Assembly (NCBI GenBank): GCA_027319565.1 | Contig: DAHVNA010000001.1 | Span: forward strand, 139,526-203,525 | Length of the DNA stretch: 64,000 nt | Direction of reading: 5' to 3' | Source of the DNA: Elusimicrobiota bacterium | GTDB lineage: Bacteria; Elusimicrobiota; Elusimicrobia; UBA1565; UBA9628 | Part shown: one piece after another, positions 10,313-20,900 of the stretch | How positions within the stretch are numbered: position 1 is the first letter of the stretch | Layout of the letters: every line of letters begins with the position of its first letter | The notes under the pieces: generated by a model | What the model saw: only the letters and a program-made list of their open reading frames with translations | The model's database searches: none | What the model was told of the DNA's origin: nothing | Made by a program: the position numbers and the translations under genes

Positions 10313-11263
10313 GGCTTGAGCTTTCGGAATAATCTTGCGGAGCGGACCTGAAATCATCGCGGGCTTGGTTTTTACCGGGCTCAATTGCGGTTTCAGGCGG
10401 ATTTTAGGCTTGGGCTTCTGCGGGAGAAGATTGTCGATTTCATATGCTGAAACGAGAACCACGATGTTTCGGTCCAGGGATTTCGCGTAGTAATAAAGAG
10501 GTTTTCCCGATTTAACGGGTTGCGGAGTTCCAATAATCCATTCAATATTTTCCTTCCCGTCTTGCGCTTTGAAAGTAAAAAGTGGCTTTTTAAAGGGGTT
10601 TTTCTTTGGCAAATCTTGATCGACAAATTCTGTCGCGCGCAGGCCAAAGACGCTCGGCCAGGTCGGGCTTGAGGGATAGAGAGTGTAGCTTTTTCCGCGT
10701 CTGGGTGCGACCTCGATTGACTTTGGAATTCCGTAGGATCTCGGGAAAAAAGCGCGTTCTCTAAAATTATCTGGGTCCTGGGTGAGTCTCGAGGCATTGA
10801 GGCCGGAAGTGATATAAATTTCCGGGCGATTGGTGTACCTGAAATAAGCGGAATTCCAGCCGAAGGCCTGCCGTCCAAAATAGCCGTCTAAAATGGGTTT
10901 GGGGCTAATAGCCGCGTAAGCGATGAGGTGCGCGGCCGATGTAGAAATTCCGTAATCCGCATAGGAGGATGGGTTTTTAGTCGCGACATCTTCAAGAATA
11001 ATTTGCGGGAGAGCTTCCACGATTTGAGATACAGAGTCTGGATCCGCCAAATCCGCCACCGGCTTTTGAACCTTCCAAGCGCCTTTGTCTTTGACCAGTT
11101 CGACTGATTTTCCTTGATAAGAAATATCTAGTTTCTCAATCTGATTGGCTTTGACTCCTTCGAGGATGGGGGCGCGCGTGATGCGGGCGTTGTCAATGGC
11201 GATCCAAACTAAGGCGCCGAAAGTCGCGAGGAAAAGAGCGGAAAGAATTAAAATTTTTTTCAT
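10292..11263 (-). CDS. DUF4340-like exported protein associated with Gld-type ABC systems
   Basis: N-terminal anchor, W.V.KP....AD...V motif, YGI, position downstream of GldG-like gene. Confidence 0.7.
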   Translation of the reverse strand: MKKILILSALFLATFGALVWIAIDNARITRAPILEGVKANQIEKLDISYQGKSVELVKDKGAWKVQKPVADLADPDSVSQIVEALPQIILEDVATKNPSSYADYGISTSAAHLIAYAAISPKPILDGYFGRQAFGWNSAYFRYTNRPEIYITSGLNASRLTQDPDNFRERAFFPRSYGIPKSIEVAPRRGKSYTLYPSSPTWPSVFGLRATEFVDQDLPKKNPFKKPLFTFKAQDGKENIEWIIGTPQPVKSGKPLYYYAKSLDRNIVVLVSAYEIDNLLPQKPKPKIRLKPQLSPVKTKPAMISGPLRKIIPKAQASTVKKP

Positions 11264-11268
11264 GGCTT

Positions 11269-12885
11269 TTAAGAGGAGATGGGAGTCGGTTCTTGTTGAT
11301 GCGCTTCTTCTGCGGGAGCGGTGTCTGCGCCGTAGAGCGAAATCATTTTGCGCCTTCTCTTCATTTGTCTGCGATAACTAAACGCGCCGTAGACTAAAAG
11401 CATACAGGGTAGGAAAAGAATCATTCCATATTTGACCAGTAGACGCATTTTGTCGGACAAGGGCCTGAGAGGCCGATAGGTCATGCCTTTCCCGCGAATG
11501 GAGAGTAAATCGCTGTCCTCACAAGACCACTCAAGAAGATTTTCCAAAAAGACCGCGCTTGTCTGGCGATTGGCGAAATGAGAATCTAACACGTAAGCGG
11601 TCGCAATCACAATGGCCCGCGCGGATTTATGCGGAGTCAAAGATGGGGTTCCCGCAGGAGCGGGAAATTGCCCGGAAACTAACCCCGCCAGCGAGAAAGG
11701 CCCGCGCCGGTCTTTCGCCAAATTGGCGGAACTTTGCGTGATGCCGATGTTGTAGGAATTTTTAAGCCAGCTGTTGGGACTTGAGTCCACTAAAGATTCG
11801 TATTTGAGTCCATTGACTGCGGCGGTTGAAGCGAAAATGGGGTGCACAAAGGGCAAGGTAACGCCTTGAAGATGCTCGACGGCGGGGTTGGAAGAATCAA
11901 AATGGGTGGCGACCGGTATGTAAGGATATTGCTGAATTCTCATCGCGACAAATTGGCCGATATTTTGTTGAAATTCGACATTTTCCGATTGGGCGTCGAC
12001 GACAAAGCCATTGGGAATATTGAGCCCCCAGTCTTTTAGAAGCGGTCCTAAACCCAGACTCATCGGCGCGCTATAAAAGGCTTGGAAATTAACCGAGCGC
12101 CGATTAAAGAGAATTCCCAAGGGCTTTCCTTCAAACAGCCAATTTCTCAGGGCTTCAATGTCTTGGTTTTTAAACTTTTGAGTGGGACCTAAAATCCACA
12201 GAGCCGAGACATCGGAGGGGATTGCGGAGCTAAGATCGACGGTCTTTAAATTGAGGTCTTCCCGAAGCGGAGCAAAGAGGTTAGATGCCGAGGGGTCTCC
12301 CGGGTTTTTTTCGCCATGCCCAACGACAAAGCCTACGGTCGGAAGGACCGGATCGGCGAGTTTTTTGATGCGGCTGGTGATTTGATACTCCAAATCGGAG
12401 GTGTCTTGTAAAAAGGGAATAACCTGACTGCGCCCTTTATAAAGGAGAGCGATTCCCATATAGGCGGTTTTGACCTCGAATTTATCTTTGGCCATCACGT
12501 TCACCTGGACCGGGGAAATGCCCAGCGCCTGAGCGTCGTCTTTTCTTTTTTGAGATTCGTTGGGATCCAAAAATTCAACCGTAATATGCCCGTGGGCCGC
12601 AGATTTATATTCGCCTAAGAGATCGCGGAGATAATTTTCATTGAGCCCGTAGGGCGGGGGAAGATTCGGAGTGAAATAGACCTTGACGATCAGGTTGTCG
12701 GTTAATTTTGAGAGGATATGTTTAGTTCCCTTGGATATGGAGAAGATGTGTCCGGAGGAAAAATCCATTCGGGAATAAACGTAATAGGAAATTCCGTTGA
12801 CGGCGGCCAATGTCCCAATCAAAAGCAAAGTGCCTAAGCCGGAAAACAGAAGTTGCCGGAATTTGGTCTTGGGTTCTTGAGACAT
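11269..12885 (-). CDS. GldG-like ABC transporter auxiliary component
   Basis: RMDFSSGHIFSISKGTK, FLDP, GFVVGHGEK, FLENLLEW...LLSIRGK..RPL, terminal TMs. Confidence 0.88.
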   Translation of the reverse strand: MSQEPKTKFRQLLFSGLGTLLLIGTLAAVNGISYYVYSRMDFSSGHIFSISKGTKHILSKLTDNLIVKVYFTPNLPPPYGLNENYLRDLLGEYKSAAHGHITVEFLDPNESQKRKDDAQALGISPVQVNVMAKDKFEVKTAYMGIALLYKGRSQVIPFLQDTSDLEYQITSRIKKLADPVLPTVGFVVGHGEKNPGDPSASNLFAPLREDLNLKTVDLSSAIPSDVSALWILGPTQKFKNQDIEALRNWLFEGKPLGILFNRRSVNFQAFYSAPMSLGLGPLLKDWGLNIPNGFVVDAQSENVEFQQNIGQFVAMRIQQYPYIPVATHFDSSNPAVEHLQGVTLPFVHPIFASTAAVNGLKYESLVDSSPNSWLKNSYNIGITQSSANLAKDRRGPFSLAGLVSGQFPAPAGTPSLTPHKSARAIVIATAYVLDSHFANRQTSAVFLENLLEWSCEDSDLLSIRGKGMTYRPLRPLSDKMRLLVKYGMILFLPCMLLVYGAFSYRRQMKRRRKMISLYGADTAPAEEAHQQEPTPISS

Positions 12886-13637
12886 TAGCTAATTCTCCTG
12901 TGACTGAGCTTTTGCGCGGTCAGATAGAGAAAGATGAAGATAAACGACGCGAAATAGAGAATATCCCGGGTATCCAAGACGCCTTTTCCCATCGTCTGCA
13001 TGTGGGAATCCAACCCGATGAAATCAAGGATGCTCGAAAGTCCGGTGGGAAGAAAAATGGCGAATTTTCCGATCACGACAAAGCTAAATCCGATTAAGAA
13101 AGCGGTGATGAAAGACACGATCTGGTTTTTGCTAAAAGAAGAGGTGTAGAGCCCCGCCGCTCCAATTAAGAGACCTTCAAAAGTCAACGCGCAAAGAGTT
13201 CCGATGGATTCTCCCCAATCCAGATGGGCCGGAGGGGCCACCAAAAACGCGAGACCAACCGCGAAAAACAAAAGCGCGGCAATGACGAGGGTATAAAGAG
13301 AAGCAAAGCCGAGATACTTTCCCAGGACGATATCCCAATCTTCTAACGGGAAAGTGGCCAGCGTTTCAAAAGTTCCGGATTTTAATTCTTCCGAGAGAAG
13401 GCCCATGGTCAAGGCCGGGACAAAGAAAGAGAGGATGATGGGCTCAAAGTCGATGAGGGTTTTAATGGTCGCCTGCCCGACCAGGAAAAGAGGCGCCATA
13501 AACAAATACCCAGTTAGAAGATAAAAAACAAACAAAGCGACATAGGTCGACGGCGATTCCAAAGCGACGCGAAGGCCCTTGTGCGCCAGGGCTTTGACGG
13601 CGTGAACTTGAAACAGCGGTTCTTCTTGCGTTTTCAT
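12885..13637 (-). CDS. GldF-like ABC-2 permease
   Basis: PALTMGLLSEELKSGTFETL, IVLGKY, KNQIVSF, GVLDTRDILYF. Confidence 0.9.
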   Translation of the reverse strand: MKTQEEPLFQVHAVKALAHKGLRVALESPSTYVALFVFYLLTGYLFMAPLFLVGQATIKTLIDFEPIILSFFVPALTMGLLSEELKSGTFETLATFPLEDWDIVLGKYLGFASLYTLVIAALLFFAVGLAFLVAPPAHLDWGESIGTLCALTFEGLLIGAAGLYTSSFSKNQIVSFITAFLIGFSFVVIGKFAIFLPTGLSSILDFIGLDSHMQTMGKGVLDTRDILYFASFIFIFLYLTAQKLSHRRIS

Positions 13638-13642
13638 TTTGA

Positions 13643-14575
13643 TTAGTTTTGAGTGAGGTTCCTGAAAATCTCTTCCAGATCTTGCCTGTCTTTTCTTAAT
13701 TCCAAAATCGGCCAGCGTTTTTCAGCGGCCAGGTTGAAGAGATCTTCCCGAACGTCGGTCTTGGCCGAGGCGTCAAAATAAAACCCCGGTTCCTTGGGGT
13801 TGTGGATGGCCTCTTCTGCCGATGACACGCCGGGCAGTTTTCTTAAAGCGGATAAAATTTCGGAGGCCGGCCCTTTGAGAGAAACAAAAAAACGGATTTG
13901 AGAGTTTTTTCCGCCGGAGCTGATTTCTTCTGAGCTTCCCTCCGCGACCAAGCGTCCGTTGTTGATGATGATGAGCCTATCGCAGAGGACTTTCGCCTCC
14001 GAGAGAATATGGGTTGAAAAAAGAACGGTCTTTTCCCGTCCAAGTTCGCGGATGAGATCTCGTACTTCATGAACCTGATTGGGGTCCAGGCCCGAGGTCG
14101 GTTCATCCAGGATGAGAACTTCCGGGTCATGGAGAATCGCTTGCGCCAGGCCCACGCGCTGGCGAAAACCTTTAGAGAGTTCGCCGATTTTCCGCCCCAA
14201 GGCGGATCTGAGCCCGCAGGCTTTGACGGCATAGGCAATGCGCTCGCGCTTTTTTTCGCCGGAGATTCCTCTTAGATGTGCGGCTAATTCTAAACTCTCC
14301 GCGACTTCCAAGTCTTCATAGAGAGGATTATTCTCTGGCAAATAGCCCAAATGGCGGCGCGCTTCCATGGGGTTTTCTGAAACATCAAGATCGAGAATCT
14401 TCGCGTGCCCATCGTCTGCCGGGAAAAAAGAAGTCAAAAGCCTCATCGTGGTCGTCTTTCCCGCGCCGTTGGGACCGAGAAATCCGACAATACGGCCTTG
14501 CTCGACTTTGAAGCTTAAATCGTCGACAGCAGTTCTTTCTCCAAATTTTTTCTTTAAACGAATCGCTTCAATCAT
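13643..14575 (-). CDS. GldA-like ABC transporter ATP-binding protein
   Basis: GPNGAGKTT, LSKGFRQRVGLAQA, LDEPTSGLDP. Confidence 0.95.
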   Translation of the reverse strand: MIEAIRLKKKFGERTAVDDLSFKVEQGRIVGFLGPNGAGKTTTMRLLTSFFPADDGHAKILDLDVSENPMEARRHLGYLPENNPLYEDLEVAESLELAAHLRGISGEKKRERIAYAVKACGLRSALGRKIGELSKGFRQRVGLAQAILHDPEVLILDEPTSGLDPNQVHEVRDLIRELGREKTVLFSTHILSEAKVLCDRLIIINNGRLVAEGSSEEISSGGKNSQIRFFVSLKGPASEILSALRKLPGVSSAEEAIHNPKEPGFYFDASAKTDVREDLFNLAAEKRWPILELRKDRQDLEEIFRNLTQN

Positions 14576-14639
14576 GACTTCTATATTAAAGAAAAATTTT
14601 AGGGGAATTTGTCAATATTTCGCTTTTTTCCCGTAACCC

Positions 14640-14668
14640 TTGACAATGTCAGGGGGCGGGGCTAGACT
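14640..14668 (+). promoter_or_regulatory. Sigma70 promoter of the TPR-Ig/OmpA-TolQRR-TonB operon
   Basis: TTGACA-17 nt-TAGACT. Confidence 0.7.
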
Positions 14669-14710
14669 ATTTGAAGGAAGCGCCAAAAATTCAGAAATTA
14701 TTTTTCGCGC

Positions 14711-17700
14711 TTGAAAGGAGGGGCTTTGGGCTTGCTTTGGTCGTTATTTTTGTGGGGGAATCAGCTTTGTTTTCCCCAGGCTGCGGCAATCCCGCCGGAG
14801 ATGACTCTCAACACCCAAGCTCAACAGCTTTATCTCTCCGCGGGAAATTTTTTTCAAACCCAAGATTACGCCCATGCCGCCGATCAATACCAAGAATTCT
14901 TAAAACGCGATCGCGATCAACCCGATCGTCTTGAGGCCCAGATGATGCTGGCGGAAAGCCTTTACCGGCAAGGCATTGCGCAATTGTCTTTGTCTCCTAA
15001 GCGCGCGGCAAAGATTTTTAAGCAGGCGAAAAAGGCTTATAAGAAAGTGTCTCGGGACTCTCCAAGCGGGGACTATCTGGCGGAGAGCGCGCGGTTTCGA
15101 ATCGGGGAAATGGCCTTTAACCTTGGCCAATATGACGAGGCCGTTTCGGATATGGAAAGTTTGGTTTCCGATTACCCTCTAGGCACGTTGAGAGGCGAAG
15201 CCCGGTTGCTTGAGGCCGAGGCCTTGATGTCTCAAAAACAGTTCTCAAAGGCGGAGAACTTGCTGGATGAGGCTTTAAAAGAACAACCCTCTTATGCCGA
15301 TAATCCGAGACTCAAATTAGTGCGCGGGATCGCTCTTTTTGAAACGGGAAATCCTGCCGCTGCTCTGGCGTCTCTGAGCGGGCTTCAATCTCCGCTCGCG
15401 CTTTTATATTCCGCTCGAGCCAACATGAATCTGGAAAAGCCTTTAATCGCGGTTGAGAACCTTAAGACCCTGATCGCGGATTATCCTGAAGACCCGGAAG
15501 TTGAAATGAGCCGTTATCTGGTGGGGGAGGCTTTTTTCGAGGCCAGAGACTACACCTCGGCAGCCCAGGTCTTTAACCAGTTTCTGATGGATTATCCGCG
15601 TAGCTCTTTGCGCGGGGCGGCGACTTATAAAATGGGCTTATGCAGTTATAACCTTAAAGATTATATGGCGGCGCGCGGAGACTTTGAGTCGGTTGAACAA
15701 ATGAGTCCGCCTGGAGAATTCGCCGAGCCGAGCCTCTACATGATGGGCGAATCTTTTCTAAAGGAAGGAAACTATACCAAAGCCGGTTTTGATTATTCCG
15801 ATTTATCCTCCGCTTATTCCAATCGCTTGGCCGGAACCGCTCAATTTAAGCTGGCTTGGACCCAATATAAGCGGCAGGAATATCCGGAGGCCCATGTCAC
15901 GCTCAATTCGTTCATTGTCCGCTATTCATCGCATCCATTAGTTCCAGCGGCGGCGTATCTCAATGGAAATACTTTAGGAAGCGAGGGTAAATATCGCCAG
16001 GCGGCTCACGCCTATCAACAATCCTTAGACTTGGCGGCTTCCAATCTCTATCCCTATCGGAGTTTAATTTTAAACCCGGCCTTGGCCATGCTTAGCCGCT
16101 CCTATTTGGAAGCCGGAGAATACGGCCATTTGATCTCCGGTTATCAATACGTCCTTAAGGAAAATGCCCCCACCCAGGATCCTTGGCGCGCGGCCGCTCT
16201 CCTTTATATAGCGGAGGGATATTACCGGCAGGGGCTTTATGATCAGTCTCTTTCGATTTACAAGGAAATCATCCATTCCTATCCTGCGACTCCGGAATCC
16301 ATTGTCGCAAAGGATGGAATCAGTTGGTGTCTTTTTAAACAAGGGCATTTTTCTCAATCTTATCAGAAGCGCGTTGAACTGGAGGCCTTGAAGAACGCGC
16401 CGGCGATTGCCCCGTCTAAGACCGTTGTCGTCAATGAAAATCCGGGCGCCGATTTGTTTTTAAACAACCAGTATGCCGAGGCGGTCACTCTTTTTAATCA
16501 GAAAAAATATGCCGACGCCTTGGACGCCTTTGAGCGGTTTGAAAAAGATTACGCCCAGGACCCGCGCGCGGCCGATGCCGCTTTGGAAGAGGGTTGGTGC
16601 TATTACCGCCTCAATTATTACGGTGACGCCGTTAAAACCTGGGAAAGGGTGGAAGCGAGTTATTCGTCTTCTGAAGCCGCCAAATCCGCGGCCTGGGCCA
16701 CGGCCGACACTTATTTTAGAGCCGCTCAATACGACAAAGCCGTGGCGGCCTATCAACATATACTCCAAACCTATCCGGATGACGCCGCTTCTTCATATGC
16801 CCGGCTTCGCATCGCCCAAAGTTATTACAACGCGAAAAATATTCCCCAGGCCATCTCTGCGTTTGAGGATGTTTTGAATAATTCTCCTGGAGACAAGGAG
16901 GGTCAACAGGTTCTGGATTATTTAACGCAGATGCTTTATCAGCCCGAATCTAAAGACGCGGCCTTAAAGGCTCTTCAATCTTTGGCGAGCTCCCAATCTT
17001 CGAACTCTTTTGGAGCGAGAGCGGAACTGGGTTTGGGGCTTTATTTTTTCGAGACGGGAGATTATACCAGCGCGGTTCAAAACTTAGAGGAAGCGATCCC
17101 CAACCTTTCGCGGGACAAAGATATTCGCGACGCCCAGTATGATTTGGCCCAATCTTATTACGCCTTAAAGCGCTATGAGGATGCGGAAAGGGCTTATCAG
17201 CGCTTTACGGAAAACTATCCTGACGATTCGCGTCTGAGAGCGGCTTTGTTTCGCATGGGAACCTCGGCGTTCAATTTAAAGGATTTCGAAAGAGCGGCCG
17301 CGGCTTTCCATCAGTTGGCGGCGCAGTATCCAAAGTCTCATTACGCCGCCTTGGCCCTCTACAACTCTTCCTTGGCCTATCGAAAATTGGGCGATTGGGA
17401 ATCGGCGGCCTTGGCCTTGAAAAATTATATCGCTCTTTATCCGCAGCAGGCTCAAAAATCAAGCGCGCCATCGGAACTGGCTTCCGTTTACGAGGAACAA
17501 CGAGACTATGGAAAAGCGATTAAGCAGCTGGAGTCCGAAAAGAGCTCTCTTAAAAGCGATGACCCTGTTTTCCTAGAGACCAGTCTTGAGATCGCCAAGG
17601 ATTACGCGGCGATGGGAGATGATGCCGATTCTCTGAAAGAATACCAAGCCATCGAGGCTAGCCCGCTTAAGAGTAATCCCTACCGTTTAAACGCCTTGGC

Positions 17701-17917
17701 CGATTTGGGCCGCTTCTATGAAGATAAAAAAGAGTGGAGCCTTGCGGCAAAGACCTATGAGGAGTTGTCTTTGAGCACCAACGATCCCAGTTGGCGCGAT
17801 CCCGCCAAAGCTCGCGCAGAAGCGGATCGCGAAAAAGTTTCCAAGACCGTTTCGGCTGATTCCAATCAGAATCAAGTTCAGAATTCTTCCGCGCCGGCGG
17901 GAGGAGGGGCGCAATGA
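14711..17917 (+). CDS. Large exported all-TPR protein (YbgF/CpoB/BamD-like repeats)
   Basis: Signal-like N-terminus; repeated Y..A...F..F...YP.S...A units along about 1000 aa. Confidence 0.9.
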   Translation: MKGGALGLLWSLFLWGNQLCFPQAAAIPPEMTLNTQAQQLYLSAGNFFQTQDYAHAADQYQEFLKRDRDQPDRLEAQMMLAESLYRQGIAQLSLSPKRAAKIFKQAKKAYKKVSRDSPSGDYLAESARFRIGEMAFNLGQYDEAVSDMESLVSDYPLGTLRGEARLLEAEALMSQKQFSKAENLLDEALKEQPSYADNPRLKLVRGIALFETGNPAAALASLSGLQSPLALLYSARANMNLEKPLIAVENLKTLIADYPEDPEVEMSRYLVGEAFFEARDYTSAAQVFNQFLMDYPRSSLRGAATYKMGLCSYNLKDYMAARGDFESVEQMSPPGEFAEPSLYMMGESFLKEGNYTKAGFDYSDLSSAYSNRLAGTAQFKLAWTQYKRQEYPEAHVTLNSFIVRYSSHPLVPAAAYLNGNTLGSEGKYRQAAHAYQQSLDLAASNLYPYRSLILNPALAMLSRSYLEAGEYGHLISGYQYVLKENAPTQDPWRAAALLYIAEGYYRQGLYDQSLSIYKEIIHSYPATPESIVAKDGISWCLFKQGHFSQSYQKRVELEALKNAPAIAPSKTVVVNENPGADLFLNNQYAEAVTLFNQKKYADALDAFERFEKDYAQDPRAADAALEEGWCYYRLNYYGDAVKTWERVEASYSSSEAAKSAAWATADTYFRAAQYDKAVAAYQHILQTYPDDAASSYARLRIAQSYYNAKNIPQAISAFEDVLNNSPGDKEGQQVLDYLTQMLYQPESKDAALKALQSLASSQSSNSFGARAELGLGLYFFETGDYTSAVQNLEEAIPNLSRDKDIRDAQYDLAQSYYALKRYEDAERAYQRFTENYPDDSRLRAALFRMGTSAFNLKDFERAAAAFHQLAAQYPKSHYAALALYNSSLAYRKLGDWESAALALKNYIALYPQQAQKSSAPSELASVYEEQRDYGKAIKQLESEKSSLKSDDPVFLETSLEIAKDYAAMGDDADSLKEYQAIEASPLKSNPYRLNALADLGRFYEDKKEWSLAAKTYEELSLSTNDPSWRDPAKARAEADREKVSKTVSADSNQNQVQNSSAPAGGGAQ

Positions 17918-20900
17918 TGAATGGACGGAATTTTATTTCTAGTGGAGTGGTTCATAAATCCATTTACAATCCGTCACCCCGGCAGGTCTTAAGCCGGGGT
18001 CCAGCCTCTTTGTGGGTTTGGATTCCGGCAACAGCCGGAATGACGAAAATGCAAAATGTAAGCAAGAATTGGAGACTCTACGCTAGGGGAAAATGGCTTG
18101 CCATTTTCTTCTTCTTGATCGCCTTTTTATGGCCAAGGAATCTTCATGCCAAATCATCTCCATTAGAGCCCCCCAGCCTGATTTTTTCGCCCGCTGGAAA
18201 CGGATCTCGAAAAACTCTTTCTTTTGTCGTTAATCTGCCGGAGACCGCCGAAGTCTCTAGCTGGCGTTTTGAGATTCGAGAGAAGGGAAACAAAGACCTT
18301 CCCGGCGCCCTTGTCAAAGCATTTTCCGGTGATGGACGCCCGCCTCAAAAGATTGTCTGGGATGGAAAAGACACCCAAAACCGGGTGGTCGAGGATGGAA
18401 CTTATTATTATTCGTTGAGCCTTCAGACCCCGGCTGGAAATCAAGCCGCGATTCGCCTTTCTCCGGTGATTGTCGACCGCGTTCCTCCCACTATTTCGGC
18501 CAAGGTCCATCCCAGAATTTTTTCTCCCAACGGTCTTAAGCCGGAGACCGTTTTTACTTTGAAAGCTTCCGATCAGTACGGAATTTATGAATGGCTGCTT
18601 GAAATTAAAGGTTCCGATGGGGTGCCGGTCAAGTCTTGGATGGGAAAAGGGCGTCCGCCCGCGGCCGTGCGTTGGGATGGGAGAGGAGATTTTAATGAAG
18701 ACGTGCCGAACGGGACCTATACCTTTCAGCTCACGGTTGAGAACCTGGCTTCAAATCGCGCGGTCACGCCGCCCCAGACGGTGACGGTTAAAAGGCAAGG
18801 CGTGGTTTCAACCGTGGGAGTGACTCCGGACGTTTTTTCCCCGCATAAAGAGAAACCGATCGCGAGTTTTGATATTACCGGCGGCGATCCTTCCTCGGTT
18901 GAGCGTTGGGAGCTCAAAATTATCAACCAAGCCGGCAGGCCCGTCTTTTCTTTCAAAGGCAATGGGGCTCCACCCGCGCGTCTTGACTGGAATGGGGATA
19001 TTTCTAAGGATAAGACCGCGCCTGACGGGGCTTATCAAGTTATCTTATATGAGACCGACAATGCCGGGAACACCGCCGCTTCCGCTCCGGAACCCCTCTA
19101 TGTCGATACAAAGCCGCCTCTTTTGGAAGCGCGCCTGGAGCCGGATTTGTTGAGTCCGGGAAAACAGCGCGAAAATTCCCAAGGGATTTTTAAATTGCGC
19201 GCTGAGAGCCGATATCCGTTTAAATGGGCCCTTAAAATTTATACCGATGTCGGAGAACCGGTCAGAACTTGGAGCGGGAAAATGGGGTCAAGAGTCCCGA
19301 ACCAAATTTTGTGGCACGGCAATAACGACTCCGGGCAGATTGTCACCGACGGGACCTATTCTTATTCCCTTTGGGCTTCTGATATCGCCGGAAATGAAGG
19401 GGAAACTCCGCGGCAAAAATTCGTGGTGAACACGACTCCCCCGGCTCTGTCTGTTTCAGCGGATCATGCCCTTTTTTCTCCCAATGGCGACCCCACTCTG
19501 AGCCACGTCGTTTTTAGTTTGAGCGCCCAGGATGCCAGTCCCTTCGCGAGCTGGGCTCTTTTGATTAACGATTCAAGCGGCAATCTTGTTCGCGAATTCA
19601 CCGGATCTCCGCTCAATATTCCGGAGAGCGTCTCATGGAACGGGAAAAGCAAAGACCGCGAACCGCTTCCGGACGGGACCTACTCCTATGCGCTCGAGGC
19701 GAAAGATATCGCGGGAAATTCCGCCAAGACTAGTCCCCAAAATATCGTTATTGGAGCGACCAAGCCCATTCCTCGGGTGTCTTCTTCTCTGGACGCTATC
19801 TCGCCCAATGCCGATGGATTTAAAGACACGACCGATTTCCATTTGAGCGTCAAATCCTTCAATCCGGTTGAAAAATGGTTTCTTAGGATTTTTGATGAAG
19901 ACAAGGTCGCGCGCCGGACCTTTGAAGGGCAGGGAGACGTTCCCGGAACCATCCAATGGGGCGGCGAGGGAGACGATCAAAAAACGCTTCCGGACGGGAG
20001 ATATTCTTATCAGCTGGAAGTGGTCGACGCCGCCGGAAACACCAGCAAGACCCGCCTTAAATCTATTTTGATCAACACAACGCCGCCCACAATTAAAATT
20101 ACCGCCGACCCTGCTCTTTTTTCGCCGAAACCGACGGCGCCTCATTTTAGCTCTTCGACCATGTTTGTCCTAGGCTATCAAGATGTCAGCCCGGTCATGA
20201 GATGGAAAGTGATCATTCAGGACCCGATGAAAAATAATGTTCGCGTTTTTTCCGGAAATTCTTCTTTTCCGCGGTCAATTTCCTGGTATGGGCGTTCCAG
20301 CTCCAGAAAGATTTTACCGGACGGGCCCTACACCTATACTCTTTTCGCGGAAGATGATGTTGGCAATAAGTCGACCACCTCCGAGCAGATTTTGCGCTTG
20401 GACGGCTCTTCTCCCCAGGTGAGTTTGAGAGCGGACCCCACGCTTTTTTCGCCCGGGACGGGCTCTCAGAAAAACGAGACGACTCTATTGTTGGGATATA
20501 AGGCCAAGGCCGACATCTCTAAATGGAAATTGTCCATTGACTTAAAAAAGGGAGAAGTCGCGCGCGTTTTCTCGGGCCTTGGGCGTCCGCCGCAAAATAT
20601 CCCATGGGACGGGAAAAACGCCTACGGGCGCATTCTTCCCGATGGGACTTACGACGCGTTTTTGAAAGTCATTGACGAAGTCGGCAACGAGGGGCTTAGC
20701 CCCGCCGCTAAAATCACGATCGACACCTCAAAACCAGTCGCCACTGTCGTCGCCCAAACCGAGCAGTTGGAAGACCTAAGCGTTCCTCTGACCGTTACGA
20801 AAGACGCGGACAAGGATATCGTTATTTCCTTGGCCAGCGAGGTCCTTTTTGATAGCGGCAAGTCGACTTTAAAAGATGCGGCCGACAATACCCTTTTAAG

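Noticed and set aside
14671..14934. Short alternative-frame and antisense ORFs here and throughout the ORF track
   Set aside because: They overlap well-supported genes and show no motifs or start signals; treated as shadow ORFs.
18150..20730. Periodic sequence as a possible CRISPR or DNA tandem array
   Set aside because: Periodicity is at the protein level with divergent codons; no identical DNA repeats and no cas genes.
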